Shown here piece after piece: positions 52,586-61,915 of a stretch of DNA of 64,000 nucleotides (positions are counted from its first letter, which is position 1; the number at the start of each line of letters is the position of its first letter). The DNA comes from Candidatus Woesearchaeota archaeon (GTDB taxonomy: Archaea; Nanobdellota; Nanobdellia; Pacearchaeales; GW2011-AR1). Position numbers and translations under genes: made by a program. The DNA is taken from NCBI GenBank assembly GCA_964608765.1, contig CAZSPD010000001.1, positions 147,223 to 211,222 of the forward strand. Reading direction: 5' to 3'. The notes below the pieces were generated by a model. It did not search any database and was not told where the DNA came from. It saw only the letters and a list, made by a program, of their open reading frames with translations.

Positions 52586-55138
52586 ATGCAAGGTGTAACA
52601 GAAACTCTTAATTCAATGAATTTGAGTGGATTAACAGATAAAGAAGCCAGCTCTAAATTAAAAGAATTTGGATATAATGAACTTCCAAGAGAAAAAAGGA
52701 AATCTCCTTTTAGAATTATTTTTAGTGTAATTAAAGAACCAATGTTTATGCTCTTAATTGTGTGTTGTGTTATTTATTTATTATTAGGAAATATTAAAGA
52801 ATCATTTATTTTATTGGGGTTTGTAGGTGTTATTTCTTTTATAACAATTTACCAGGAAAATAAAACAGAAAAAGCCTTGAAAGCTTTGAGAGATTTGTCT
52901 AGTCCCAGAGCACTAGTTGTAAGAGGAGGAGAAAAAAAGAGAATTCCTGGAAGAGAAGTTGTTGAAGGAGATATAGTTGTTCTGTCAGAGGGAGATAGAG
53001 TCCCAGCAGATTCAATTATAATAGCTTCAACTAATCTTTTTGTAGATGAAAGTCTTCTTACAGGAGAATCTGCCCAAGTTAGAAAAAAACCAACAACTAA
53101 TCTTAAAACATTGATGCAAAAACCAGGAGAAGAAAGCACTCCTTTTGTTTACTCAGGAACTTTAGTTGTGAGAGGAACTGCTATAGCACTTGTTAAAAAA
53201 ACAGGAATTGAAACTGAAATTGGAAAAATAGGTTCTTCTCTTAAAAGCATAAAAACTGAAAAAACAAACTTGCAAAAAGAAACAAAATCACTTGCAAAAT
53301 ACTTTGCAATTTATGGATTAACTGCGTGTACAATAATAGTTTTAGCATATGGGTTCATAAGTGGAAATTGGATTGAATCAATTTTAAATGGAGTAGTATT
53401 AGCAATGTCTGTTTTACCAGAAGAATTCCCAGTAATACTTGCACTATTTTTAGGTTTAGGTGCTTGGCGAATGTCTAAAAAAGATGTTCTTATAAGAAAG
53501 CAACAAGCAATTTCAGAATTAGGTTCTACAACAATTCTCTGTACAGATAAAACAGGAACTTTAACTCAAAATAAAATGAGTGTTGCAAAACTTTATTGGA
53601 ATAACCAAACTTGCTTTGTAAATGATACTGTACAAATACCTGAAAAATTTAATGAAGTTGTAGAGTATGGGATATTAGCAAGTCAAAAAGAGCCTTTTGA
53701 CCCAATGGAAAAAGCACTTAAGGAACTTTCAAGAGGAAGTGAGAAAAAATTTATTCATAAAACTTGGAAGCTTTTACACGAATATCCTCTATCTAATCAC
53801 TTGATGGCAGTCTCTCATGTTTGGTCAAAACCTGAAAAACATGAACATGTTGTTGCAGCTAAAGGAGCACCTGAAGCAATTTTAAAACTCTGTAAATTAG
53901 ATACAGCTTCTGAAAAAAAGATTTTAAAAGAAGTTTCTAAATTTTCCAGAGAAGGACTAAGAGTTATTGCAGTAGCTAAATCAACTTCAACAGGAAAGCT
54001 CCCTGGAGAACAATATGAGTTTGATTTTGAATTTATCGGTTTAATAGGCTTTGAAGACCCTATACGTAAATCTGTTCCTAAAGCAATTCAAGAGTGTTAT
54101 GAAGCAGGAATAAGGGTTATAATGATTACAGGAGATTACCACGGAACAGCTCAAAAAATAGCACTTGAAATTGGATTAAAAAATCCAGATAAATATATTA
54201 CAGGAGATGAACTTGAAAAAATAAGTGATTATGATTTAAAGAAAAAAGTAAAAGATGTGAATATTTTTGTTAGAGTTGTTCCTCAACAAAAACTAAGATT
54301 AGTAAATGTACTTAAGTCAAGTGGAGAGATTGTTGCAATGACTGGAGACGGTGTTAATGATGCTCCTGCTTTGAAATCTGCTAACATTGGAATATCTATG
54401 GGAGAAAGAGGTACAGACGTTGCAAGAGAAGCATCTTCAATTGTAATTTTAGATGATGACTTTACTTCAATTGTTAATGGTGTTAAAATGGGAAGAAGAG
54501 TCTTTGACAATATACGAAAAGCAATGTCTTATGTTTTCTCAATGCACATCCCTATTTTAGGAATAACAGCACTAGCATTAATATTTGGTTGGCCTTTAAT
54601 ATTACTTCCTGTACATATTTTATTTTTAGAATTAGTTGGGGACCCAGCTTGTACAATTGTCTTTGAAACAGAAAGAGCTGAAAAAAATATAATGAAGAGA
54701 AAACCTAGAAAACCTAAAGAGAAAGTATTTGATAAAAAAACATTTATTTATAGTACTTTGCAAGGATTAGGAATATTAATTTTTATGGCATTTGTTTTCT
54801 ACTTCACATTAAAAACTTCAAATAATGAAAACCTCTCTCGTGCAATGAGTTTTTCTACTTTAATTTTTTCTAACTTATTTTTAATCTTAAGTAGCAGGTC
54901 TTCTTCAAAACCAATCTATAAAACACTCTTTGAAAAAAATACTGCATTTTTAATGATTTCTTTAGGAGCTTTAACTTTCTTATTCTTCTCTTTATACACT
55001 CCATTCCTTAAAGGAGTATTTAAGTTTGCTTCACCTTCTTTATTACAATTAATTGTTACTTTTGGAATAGCTCTTCTAAGTGTTCTTTGGTTTGAAATAA
55101 TAAAAAAAGCTCACAACAAATATTATGAAAAAAAGTAA
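52586..55138 (+). CDS. P-type cation ATPase, Ca2+-type (P2A-like)
   Basis: 850 aa. TGES, CTDKTGTLT, MITGD and TGDGVNDAPALK motifs. Confidence 0.85.
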   Translation: MQGVTETLNSMNLSGLTDKEASSKLKEFGYNELPREKRKSPFRIIFSVIKEPMFMLLIVCCVIYLLLGNIKESFILLGFVGVISFITIYQENKTEKALKALRDLSSPRALVVRGGEKKRIPGREVVEGDIVVLSEGDRVPADSIIIASTNLFVDESLLTGESAQVRKKPTTNLKTLMQKPGEESTPFVYSGTLVVRGTAIALVKKTGIETEIGKIGSSLKSIKTEKTNLQKETKSLAKYFAIYGLTACTIIVLAYGFISGNWIESILNGVVLAMSVLPEEFPVILALFLGLGAWRMSKKDVLIRKQQAISELGSTTILCTDKTGTLTQNKMSVAKLYWNNQTCFVNDTVQIPEKFNEVVEYGILASQKEPFDPMEKALKELSRGSEKKFIHKTWKLLHEYPLSNHLMAVSHVWSKPEKHEHVVAAKGAPEAILKLCKLDTASEKKILKEVSKFSREGLRVIAVAKSTSTGKLPGEQYEFDFEFIGLIGFEDPIRKSVPKAIQECYEAGIRVIMITGDYHGTAQKIALEIGLKNPDKYITGDELEKISDYDLKKKVKDVNIFVRVVPQQKLRLVNVLKSSGEIVAMTGDGVNDAPALKSANIGISMGERGTDVAREASSIVILDDDFTSIVNGVKMGRRVFDNIRKAMSYVFSMHIPILGITALALIFGWPLILLPVHILFLELVGDPACTIVFETERAEKNIMKRKPRKPKEKVFDKKTFIYSTLQGLGILIFMAFVFYFTLKTSNNENLSRAMSFSTLIFSNLFLILSSRSSSKPIYKTLFEKNTAFLMISLGALTFLFFSLYTPFLKGVFKFASPSLLQLIVTFGIALLSVLWFEIIKKAHNKYYEKK

Positions 55139-55173
55139 TGCAATTTAATCCTACAAATTTTTAATCAAATTAA

Positions 55174-56142
55174 TTAGAAGTTAACAATTTTATTAAGTAA
55201 AAATTCAGCCATTATAAATAAAATATAAAAGAAAATTAATATTAGTCCTTCTTTTTTATCTATTGACTTATTTGATTTCATAAATGAAAATACAAAAATG
55301 CCTGCTATAAGAATTGTTCCTCCAAGTAAATACATTTTGTAAGGATTGTATGAGAAAGGATTAATTAAAGCAACAAGTCCTAATACAATTGTCCCATCTG
55401 TAACAACTGTTCCAAGAATATCTCCTAATGCTAAATCATCTTTATTTCTTCTTACTGCCTTTATTGAAAATGCAAGTTCAGGAAGACAGGTTCCAAGAGC
55501 CAATATTGTTATTCCTACAAGCATAGAAGGAATTTTAATATCTTCTGCAAAATTCTCAACATATTTAACAGTAAAGAATGCACTAACTAAAACAATTGTT
55601 AAACTTACTATTAATAAGATTAAACTCTTAGTGTATGATTCTTTTTTTCTAGCAGGTTTTGGTTTATCACCAGTATACTCTTTACTGAATTTTTTACTTC
55701 CTTTATAGATTCTAAAAAAGAAAAACGAGCCTGCTAAGATAAGTATAATTCCATCTACTCTAGAGAGTTTTCCATCAAACCCAAGTAATAATGGGAATAA
55801 AAGGAGTATTAAATATAAAAAACTGTCTTCTATTGTTTTACTTTTAACTTTTATTCCTCCATAAGAAAATAAAGAAACTATTCCAAATACAAGTGTTAAA
55901 TCAGCAATACTTGAACCTATGAGAGTTCCTAATCCAAGCTGAGAATCTCCTTTTATAGCTGAGATTATCGATATTGCAGCTTCTGGTAAAACAGAGACTA
56001 AAGCAACTATAAAAAAACTCACCATAAACTCTTGTATGTGTAATGCTCTTGCAATTTTTGAAGAATACAATATAGCATAGTCTGCAAATTTTATAAGTAC
56101 TATTAAACACAATATTGACAAGCCTAAATTAACGAGTATCAT
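55174..56142 (-). CDS. Ca2+/Na+ antiporter (CaCA/YrbG family)
   Basis: 322 aa. Two alpha-repeats (LPEAAISIISA...GTLIGSSIADL and GTCLPELAFSI...LGDILGT). Confidence 0.8.
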   Translation of the reverse strand: MILVNLGLSILCLIVLIKFADYAILYSSKIARALHIQEFMVSFFIVALVSVLPEAAISIISAIKGDSQLGLGTLIGSSIADLTLVFGIVSLFSYGGIKVKSKTIEDSFLYLILLLFPLLLGFDGKLSRVDGIILILAGSFFFFRIYKGSKKFSKEYTGDKPKPARKKESYTKSLILLIVSLTIVLVSAFFTVKYVENFAEDIKIPSMLVGITILALGTCLPELAFSIKAVRRNKDDLALGDILGTVVTDGTIVLGLVALINPFSYNPYKMYLLGGTILIAGIFVFSFMKSNKSIDKKEGLILIFFYILFIMAEFLLNKIVNF

Positions 56143-56252
56143 TTTTACCTTCTTTATAATCCTAAGAGTTTTTTAGTTTTAAAAAGTTAGTGTTTAACTG
56201 AGTGTTTTTGGTTTTTCATAACTTTTATTAATATAAGTTATCTTTAAAATAT

Positions 56253-57425
56253 ATGAAAAAGAGGATAAAAGTAATTTTAATTTTTTTAGTTGCTTTTCAA
56301 TTTATATTATTTATAAATTTTGCAAAAGCTGACATAATTTCTATTAATTCTGGGGGAAGCACTAACTTAATAATTAATCCTGGAAAATATATTGAAGGAT
56401 TTTTTTCAGGTAAACCAACAGTTATTTCTGTATGTGGAAATGGGATATTAGAACCAAGTGAAGAGTGTGATGATGGAAATAATATAGATGGAGATGGATG
56501 TTCTGCACTATGTAAAATAGAGAAAGAGAGTGGTGGAGGCGGAGGAGGTGGAGGTGGAGGTGGAAGTGACTTTGATGACTCTTCTATTCCAGATCATTCA
56601 AATATAAGATTAGACCCTGTTGAAATACAAAAAACAATTCTTATTAACACAAACATAGAAGAGGAAATAATTGTATTAAATTTAGGTAGAGATATTTCTA
56701 TTAATCCTTTAGTTCATAGTAAAGGGTTTAGTAATGATTTAATGGTTAAGTTCTGGGATGAAGAACAAGGAATGTGGGTAGACACTCTTAATTTATATTT
56801 ATCTCCCAGAGAAGTTTATGAATTAAGAGCTAAATTCTTTGCACCAAATACCACAGGAGAATATACTGGAACAATTTTTGTTGGAGATAGAAAATTAAAA
56901 GTAACTCTAGATATACAAGAAAAACTGTTATTATTTGATTCAAATATCATTATCTTAAACAAAGATTATGTTGTTCCACAAGGAAATAAACTAAGAACTT
57001 CTGTAACTTTAATTCCTATGATGGATGAAGATAGAGTTGATGTAACATTAAATTACTTTATAAGAGATTATGATAACAAAGTATATTTAACAAGGAGTGA
57101 GACATTGCTTGTTGAAAATAGAGTTAACTTTAAGAGGAATTTTGATACCGGGTTACTTCCAGTAGGAGCCTATGTTTTAGACCTTGAATTAATTTACCCT
57201 AATGGAGTTGCTCCTTCAAGTGCTCATTTTGAAATTGTTGAAAATAAACAAAACACTTTCTTTGGAAAACTTGTGTTTTTCCTTGTTAATTCAATATTAG
57301 TAATACTTGCTCTTTTGATTATATTTATAGTATTAAGAGCAATTAGATTCTTAGGAGATAAGAAAAAAATCCAAGAACAAAAGAAGAAATTAGTAGATTA
57401 TTTTAAAGGATTAAGAAAGCGTTAG
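56253..57425 (+). CDS. Surface protein with a Myxococcus-type Cys-rich repeat, poly-Gly linker, beta-sandwich region and C-terminal TM
   Basis: 390 aa. Signal peptide. [27 protein letters not shown]. An 11-Gly run. C-terminal [24 protein letters not shown]. Confidence 0.75.
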   Translation: MKKRIKVILIFLVAFQFILFINFAKADIISINSGGSTNLIINPGKYIEGFFSGKPTVISVCGNGILEPSEECDDGNNIDGDGCSALCKIEKESGGGGGGGGGGGSDFDDSSIPDHSNIRLDPVEIQKTILINTNIEEEIIVLNLGRDISINPLVHSKGFSNDLMVKFWDEEQGMWVDTLNLYLSPREVYELRAKFFAPNTTGEYTGTIFVGDRKLKVTLDIQEKLLLFDSNIIILNKDYVVPQGNKLRTSVTLIPMMDEDRVDVTLNYFIRDYDNKVYLTRSETLLVENRVNFKRNFDTGLLPVGAYVLDLELIYPNGVAPSSAHFEIVENKQNTFFGKLVFFLVNSILVILALLIIFIVLRAIRFLGDKKKIQEQKKKLVDYFKGLRKR

Positions 57426-57574
57426 TAAAGGATTAAGACAAAGCAAAATCATCTAAAAAACAACTATCCAAACATTTTTAAACGAACTATTTTTTAATAA
57501 TTAATCCAATGAACACAGGGGAGGATAATTCATTCTCTTTATGTGTTAATATAAAATAAACTCAGGAAAATAAA

Positions 57575-57874
57575 ATGGATATTTATCAAATTGTAGAAAA
57601 AGCTAGAAAAACAGGAAAAATAGAAAAAGGAACAAATGAAGTTACAAAAGCAATAGAAAGAGGCACTGCTAAGCTTGTAGTATATGCTGGCGATGTTCAA
57701 CCAAAAGAAATTGTCCAACACTTGCCTATTTTATGCAAAGAGAAGAATATTTTGTGTAAAGAAGTAGATAGCAGACAGAAGCTAGGTATTGCTGTTGGAA
57801 TAAAAGTTCCAGCGTCTTCAGTTGCAATTATAGAACCAGGTGAAAGCCAAAAAGACATAGCTGGATTAAAATGA
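57575..57874 (+). CDS. rpl7ae: Ribosomal protein L7Ae
   Basis: 99 aa. [37 protein letters not shown]. Confidence 0.9.
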   Translation: MDIYQIVEKARKTGKIEKGTNEVTKAIERGTAKLVVYAGDVQPKEIVQHLPILCKEKNILCKEVDSRQKLGIAVGIKVPASSVAIIEPGESQKDIAGLK

Positions 57875-57888
57875 TTCTATAAAATAAA

Positions 57889-58182
57889 ATGGCAAAAGAA
57901 CAAAGAACAAAAAATGCAAAACAGCAAGGCTCAAAAGGAAGCGACAAAATTGTTGCAGAGGAAGCTGTACCTGCCCTTGTTGAAGAAATTATTGGAAGAA
58001 CAGGTTTTAGAGGAGAGATAACTCAAGTCAAATGCTTAGTCCAAGAAGGAAGAGATAAAGGTAGGAGTATGAGAAGAAATGTTAAAGGTCCAGTGAGAAT
58101 TGGAGATGTTTTAATGCTTAGAGAAACTGAAATCGAAGCAAGAAGAATTAAATCAAATATTACAAAAGGAAGTTATAGTTAA
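57889..58182 (+). CDS. rps28e: Ribosomal protein S28e (with a basic N-terminal extension of about 27 aa)
   Basis: [21 protein letters not shown]...[30 protein letters not shown]. Confidence 0.9.
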   Translation: MAKEQRTKNAKQQGSKGSDKIVAEEAVPALVEEIIGRTGFRGEITQVKCLVQEGRDKGRSMRRNVKGPVRIGDVLMLRETEIEARRIKSNITKGSYS

Positions 58183-58183
58183 A

Positions 58184-58402
58184 ATGAGTGATGGGTTATC
58201 TAAACTAGTTAATGGAGAATTGCGCAGAGCAACACTTGAGCTAAATAATGCTAAATCCCTTCCAGAAGACAAATACTTAGAAGAAATTCAAAGCAGAGTT
58301 AATTCTTTAGGATATAATGTAGTAAAAATTTTGCGTGACCCTTCAAATAAATATTTATATCATCTTTCAATAATTAAGGAGGATTATTCTCAAAATGCCT
58401 AA
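58184..58402 (+). CDS. Hypothetical 72-aa protein inserted between rps28e and rpl24e
   Basis: Starts 1 nt after the S28e stop and overlaps the L24e start by 8 nt. No recognisable motif. Confidence 0.5.
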   Translation: MSDGLSKLVNGELRRATLELNNAKSLPEDKYLEEIQSRVNSLGYNVVKILRDPSNKYLYHLSIIKEDYSQNA

Positions 58403-58568
58403 ATGTGTTTATTGTGGAAAACAATATGATTATCACAAAGGGCTTACACTAGTCATGAAAGATGGCTCAATTAATTATCTTTGTTCTTCAAAATGCAGGA
58501 AAAATATGCTAATGAGAAGAAGAAAAGTAAGGTGGATTTCTAAAAAAACAAAATCCAAAAAAGAGTAA
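58395..58568 (+). CDS. rpl24e: Ribosomal protein L24e
   Basis: Not in the ORF track (57 aa). MPKCVYCGKQYDYHKGLTLVMKDGSINYLCSSKCRKNMLMRRRKVRW, a classic L24e Zn-ribbon. Confidence 0.85.
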   Translation: MPKCVYCGKQYDYHKGLTLVMKDGSINYLCSSKCRKNMLMRRRKVRWISKKTKSKKE

Positions 58569-58640
58569 TGCTTCTAAACTATATCTTAGATAACTATCGA
58601 AGAATATTTAAATAAAGATTCTGTTATTTCTTAAAGAAAG

Positions 58641-59144
58641 ATGGCTGAGAAAGATAAGATATTTTCAAGTAAGATTAAGTATGATGGACTCATGGATTTT
58701 AAAGAATTTTATAAATTTTGTTACCAATGGCTTACAGAAGAAGCTGAATTAAGTGTCTCTGAAGCAAAATATGCCGAAAAAGTAACAGGAGATTCTAAGA
58801 ACATTGATATCTCGTGGAATGGTTCAAGAACAGTCACAGATTATTTTAAATTTCAAGTTTCTGTTTCATTTAAAATTATAAACCTAACCAACACAGAGAT
58901 AATTCAATCTGGAAAAAAGTTTAAAATGAATAAAGGGAGTGTGGAAGTTTCTGTTTCAGGAACTTTGGTTAGAGACTACGATGGGAAATTTGAAAAAACA
59001 TCTTCACAAAAATTCATGAGGTCAATATATGAAAAGTGGGTTATACCTTCAAGAATAGAGGAATACGAAGGAAAATTAATTGGAAACTGCAATGAATTTT
59101 TACTGCAAGCAAAAGCTTTCTTAGATTTAGAAGGAAGAATTTAA
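58641..59144 (+). CDS. Hypothetical protein (167 aa)
   Basis: ORF only. Confidence 0.45.
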   Translation: MAEKDKIFSSKIKYDGLMDFKEFYKFCYQWLTEEAELSVSEAKYAEKVTGDSKNIDISWNGSRTVTDYFKFQVSVSFKIINLTNTEIIQSGKKFKMNKGSVEVSVSGTLVRDYDGKFEKTSSQKFMRSIYEKWVIPSRIEEYEGKLIGNCNEFLLQAKAFLDLEGRI

Positions 59145-59257
59145 TTAAATTTTGTTTATATTTATTAAAAAATATTAAAAGAATCTTTAAAATATCTTTT
59201 TTTTATGCAAAAGTTATTAACCGAAATCCTTAAATATCAAATTCATTTAATCATTCT

Positions 59258-60649
59258 ATGAAAAAAGTCGTGACACCTTTGTTAATTATTTTATCTTCTA
59301 TATTAATTATTTCTTTTACATCTGCACTCGATCTTAAAATTGATAAATTAACTTCAAATGAAGTATGTATCTCAGGATTAAATCAACCTGCAACTTTTGA
59401 TTTAAAAATAACTAACTTAGGTTCTTCTGAAAATTTATTTTTTTATAGTTTTTTTGGGCAAGAGATTTACCCTAAAGAATTGTATCTTGAAGGGAAAAAA
59501 ACCCAAGACATTACACTTACAATTTATCCTTATGAAAATGAAAAGCCTGGACATCACACATTCGATTTATTTATCAGAAATAATCAAGGAGGAGAAGTTT
59601 CTCAGAGATTAACAATAAATCTTATTAAATTTGGAGAAGCATTTGAAATAGGTGCAGAGGAATTTGACCCAGAATCAAAATCACTAAATGTATACATACA
59701 CAATAAAGTTAATTTTAACTTTGAAGATGTAGTCGTTGTGTTTAGCTCACCATTCTTTGAATTTGAAAAAAAATTTACTTTAGGACCTAATCAAAGAAAT
59801 GATTTTGCAGTTACTTTAGACAAAGAGGATTTTAAAAAATTAATGGCAGGATATTATACTTTTAAAGCAGAAATCCAAGCAAAAGGATTAAAAGAAACAA
59901 TTGAAGGAACTTTAAAATTCTCTGAAAAAAACATTCTTACAACAAATAAAAAAACCTATGGATTTATAATTAACACAAATGCTATTGAAAAAACAAATGA
60001 AGGTAATGTTGTTACAAAGACAGAAACAGTCATAAAAAAGAATGTTGTTTCAAGACTATTTACTCACTTTAGTCCAGAACCTAATACAGTAGACAGAGAA
60101 GGATTTGTAGTGTATTATACGTGGTATAATAATTTAGCACCAGGAGAGGTTCTTAAAATAAATGTTAAAACAAATTGGATTCTTCCTTTTGCAATAATAT
60201 TCTTAATTATTTTAGTTGTAATAGTTGTTAAAAAAACATCTAATAGAAATATTGTACTTAAGAAAAAAGTTTCTTTTGTAAATGCTAAGGGAGGAGAATT
60301 TGCACTTAAAGTAATGATACTTGTTGAAGCTAAAAACTTCCTTGAAAGAGTTAGTATAATTGATAGATTACCTTATCTAACTAAAGTACATGAAAGATTT
60401 GGAGGAGAACGCCCATCAAGAGTAGATGAAAAGACTAAGAGAATGGAATGGAATTTTGAAAGAATGCATCCAGGAGAAAGAAGAGTGTTCTCATATATAA
60501 TTTATTCAAAAATAGGGGTATTAGGAAAATTTGCACTCCCTCCTGTAACAGCTGTTTATGAGAGAGAAGGTAAAGTAAAAGAAGCACAATCTAATCAAGC
60601 TTTTTTTATGCTTGAACCGAGAACACCTAAGGATTTAGAAGGACAGTAA
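59258..60649 (+). CDS. Surface protein with beta-sandwich (CARDB/DUF11-like) regions and an internal TM
   Basis: 463 aa. Signal peptide (LLIILSSILIISFTSA). TM ILPFAIIFLIILVVIVV at about residue 310. Confidence 0.55.
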   Translation: MKKVVTPLLIILSSILIISFTSALDLKIDKLTSNEVCISGLNQPATFDLKITNLGSSENLFFYSFFGQEIYPKELYLEGKKTQDITLTIYPYENEKPGHHTFDLFIRNNQGGEVSQRLTINLIKFGEAFEIGAEEFDPESKSLNVYIHNKVNFNFEDVVVVFSSPFFEFEKKFTLGPNQRNDFAVTLDKEDFKKLMAGYYTFKAEIQAKGLKETIEGTLKFSEKNILTTNKKTYGFIINTNAIEKTNEGNVVTKTETVIKKNVVSRLFTHFSPEPNTVDREGFVVYYTWYNNLAPGEVLKINVKTNWILPFAIIFLIILVVIVVKKTSNRNIVLKKKVSFVNAKGGEFALKVMILVEAKNFLERVSIIDRLPYLTKVHERFGGERPSRVDEKTKRMEWNFERMHPGERRVFSYIIYSKIGVLGKFALPPVTAVYEREGKVKEAQSNQAFFMLEPRTPKDLEGQ

Positions 60650-60685
60650 ATTATAAAAGTAACTCTTTCTTTTAATGAATATAAA

Positions 60686-61900
60686 ATGAGAGGTAGATTA
60701 AATTCTAAAGGAATGTCTGCAATTGTTGCAACTTTACTAATTATTTTACTAAGTATGTTCGCAATTGGAGCATTTTGGATTGTTATAAAAAACCTTTTAG
60801 TAAGTCAAACTGATATTTTAGTTACAAAGCAAGAATTTTTCTCAGAAAATGTAGGAATAAAATCAGTAAATATAGATGGGAGTAAAGTAAGTATTTCTTT
60901 AGGAAGGTCAAGTGGAGAATCTATAGATAAGAAAGATATTAAAGATATAGAGGTACAAGTTTATGTTCCTTCTGATATTGTGTCTGTAGTTGATTTGTCA
61001 GGAAGCATGGTTGTGTGCAGAGGAATAACCTCAACACAGTGTAGAAATTTAGGGGGAAGTTATAGTTCAGCAGGAGGATACTGCCACACTTTATCTGTAG
61101 ATAAAAAAGCTGCTTGTGAAAATTTAAATGGAGTCTGGAGAGATAGATTATCCCCTACAAGAGAGGCTAATAGGCAATTATTAGAAATGCTTTCTGAAGT
61201 AGAAGGCACAAGAATAGGGCTTGTAGCTTATAATGGTTCTATAATACCTCGTTTAAGCATAGATTTAACTGACAACATAGATGCATTAAATAATACAATT
61301 AATTCTTGGGAAAAAGCTATTGGAGGAACATGCATATGCTGTGGTATAAATGATGCAGTAAGAATGTTTAATAGTTTTTCTAGTCCAGCAACACCTAAAA
61401 AAATGATTGTTATGAGTGATGGAGAAGCAGAAACAAGATGTTCTAGTCAAAAGCCAGGGGATGCTTCTCAAGATGCAATTAATTCTGCTTGTACTGCAAG
61501 TTCTACTATGGCAAATTTAACTATTTATTCAATAGGGTTTGGAGAAGATGCAAATCATGAAACCCTAATAGAAATTGCAAACTGTGGAGATGGAGAAGAA
61601 TTTCAAGCATTAGAGGACATAGATTTAATTGAGATATACAGTCATGTTTCTCAGGAGATTATAACAAGATCAATTGTCTCTGATAAAATTAACTACATTT
61701 ATATACTCTTTTACACTCAAACTTCTAGTTATAGAGAAGTGATATATGAAATTCCTCCAAACTTAGGAATTAAAGCATATTCATTTAATTTAGCAGGAAA
61801 ATTAGAGGGAGAAATAATAAGAATTGAGGTTTACCCTGTTATTTTGCTTAAATCCGGAAAAGAAGAAATAGGTCCACTATTTGATTCATGGACACGCTAA
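60686..61900 (+). CDS. Archaeal pilin N-terminal domain fused to a von Willebrand factor A (vWA) domain
   Basis: 404 aa. KGMSAIVATLLIILLSMFAIGAFWIV (class III signal / Pilin_N-like). MIDAS elements VVDLSGSM, GGTCICCG and VMSDGEAE. Cys-rich insert after the DxSxS motif. Confidence 0.75.
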   Translation: MRGRLNSKGMSAIVATLLIILLSMFAIGAFWIVIKNLLVSQTDILVTKQEFFSENVGIKSVNIDGSKVSISLGRSSGESIDKKDIKDIEVQVYVPSDIVSVVDLSGSMVVCRGITSTQCRNLGGSYSSAGGYCHTLSVDKKAACENLNGVWRDRLSPTREANRQLLEMLSEVEGTRIGLVAYNGSIIPRLSIDLTDNIDALNNTINSWEKAIGGTCICCGINDAVRMFNSFSSPATPKKMIVMSDGEAETRCSSQKPGDASQDAINSACTASSTMANLTIYSIGFGEDANHETLIEIANCGDGEEFQALEDIDLIEIYSHVSQEIITRSIVSDKINYIYILFYTQTSSYREVIYEIPPNLGIKAYSFNLAGKLEGEIIRIEVYPVILLKSGKEEIGPLFDSWTR

Positions 61901-61915
61901 CAATAAAAGTATAAA

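Noticed and set aside
57508-57534. Hairpin (AATGAA ... TTCATT) in the L7Ae 5' region, considered as an autoregulatory k-turn
   Set aside because: I could not place tandem sheared G-A pairs or a 3-nt bulge. The stem is AT-only and short. The idea is not supportable by eye.
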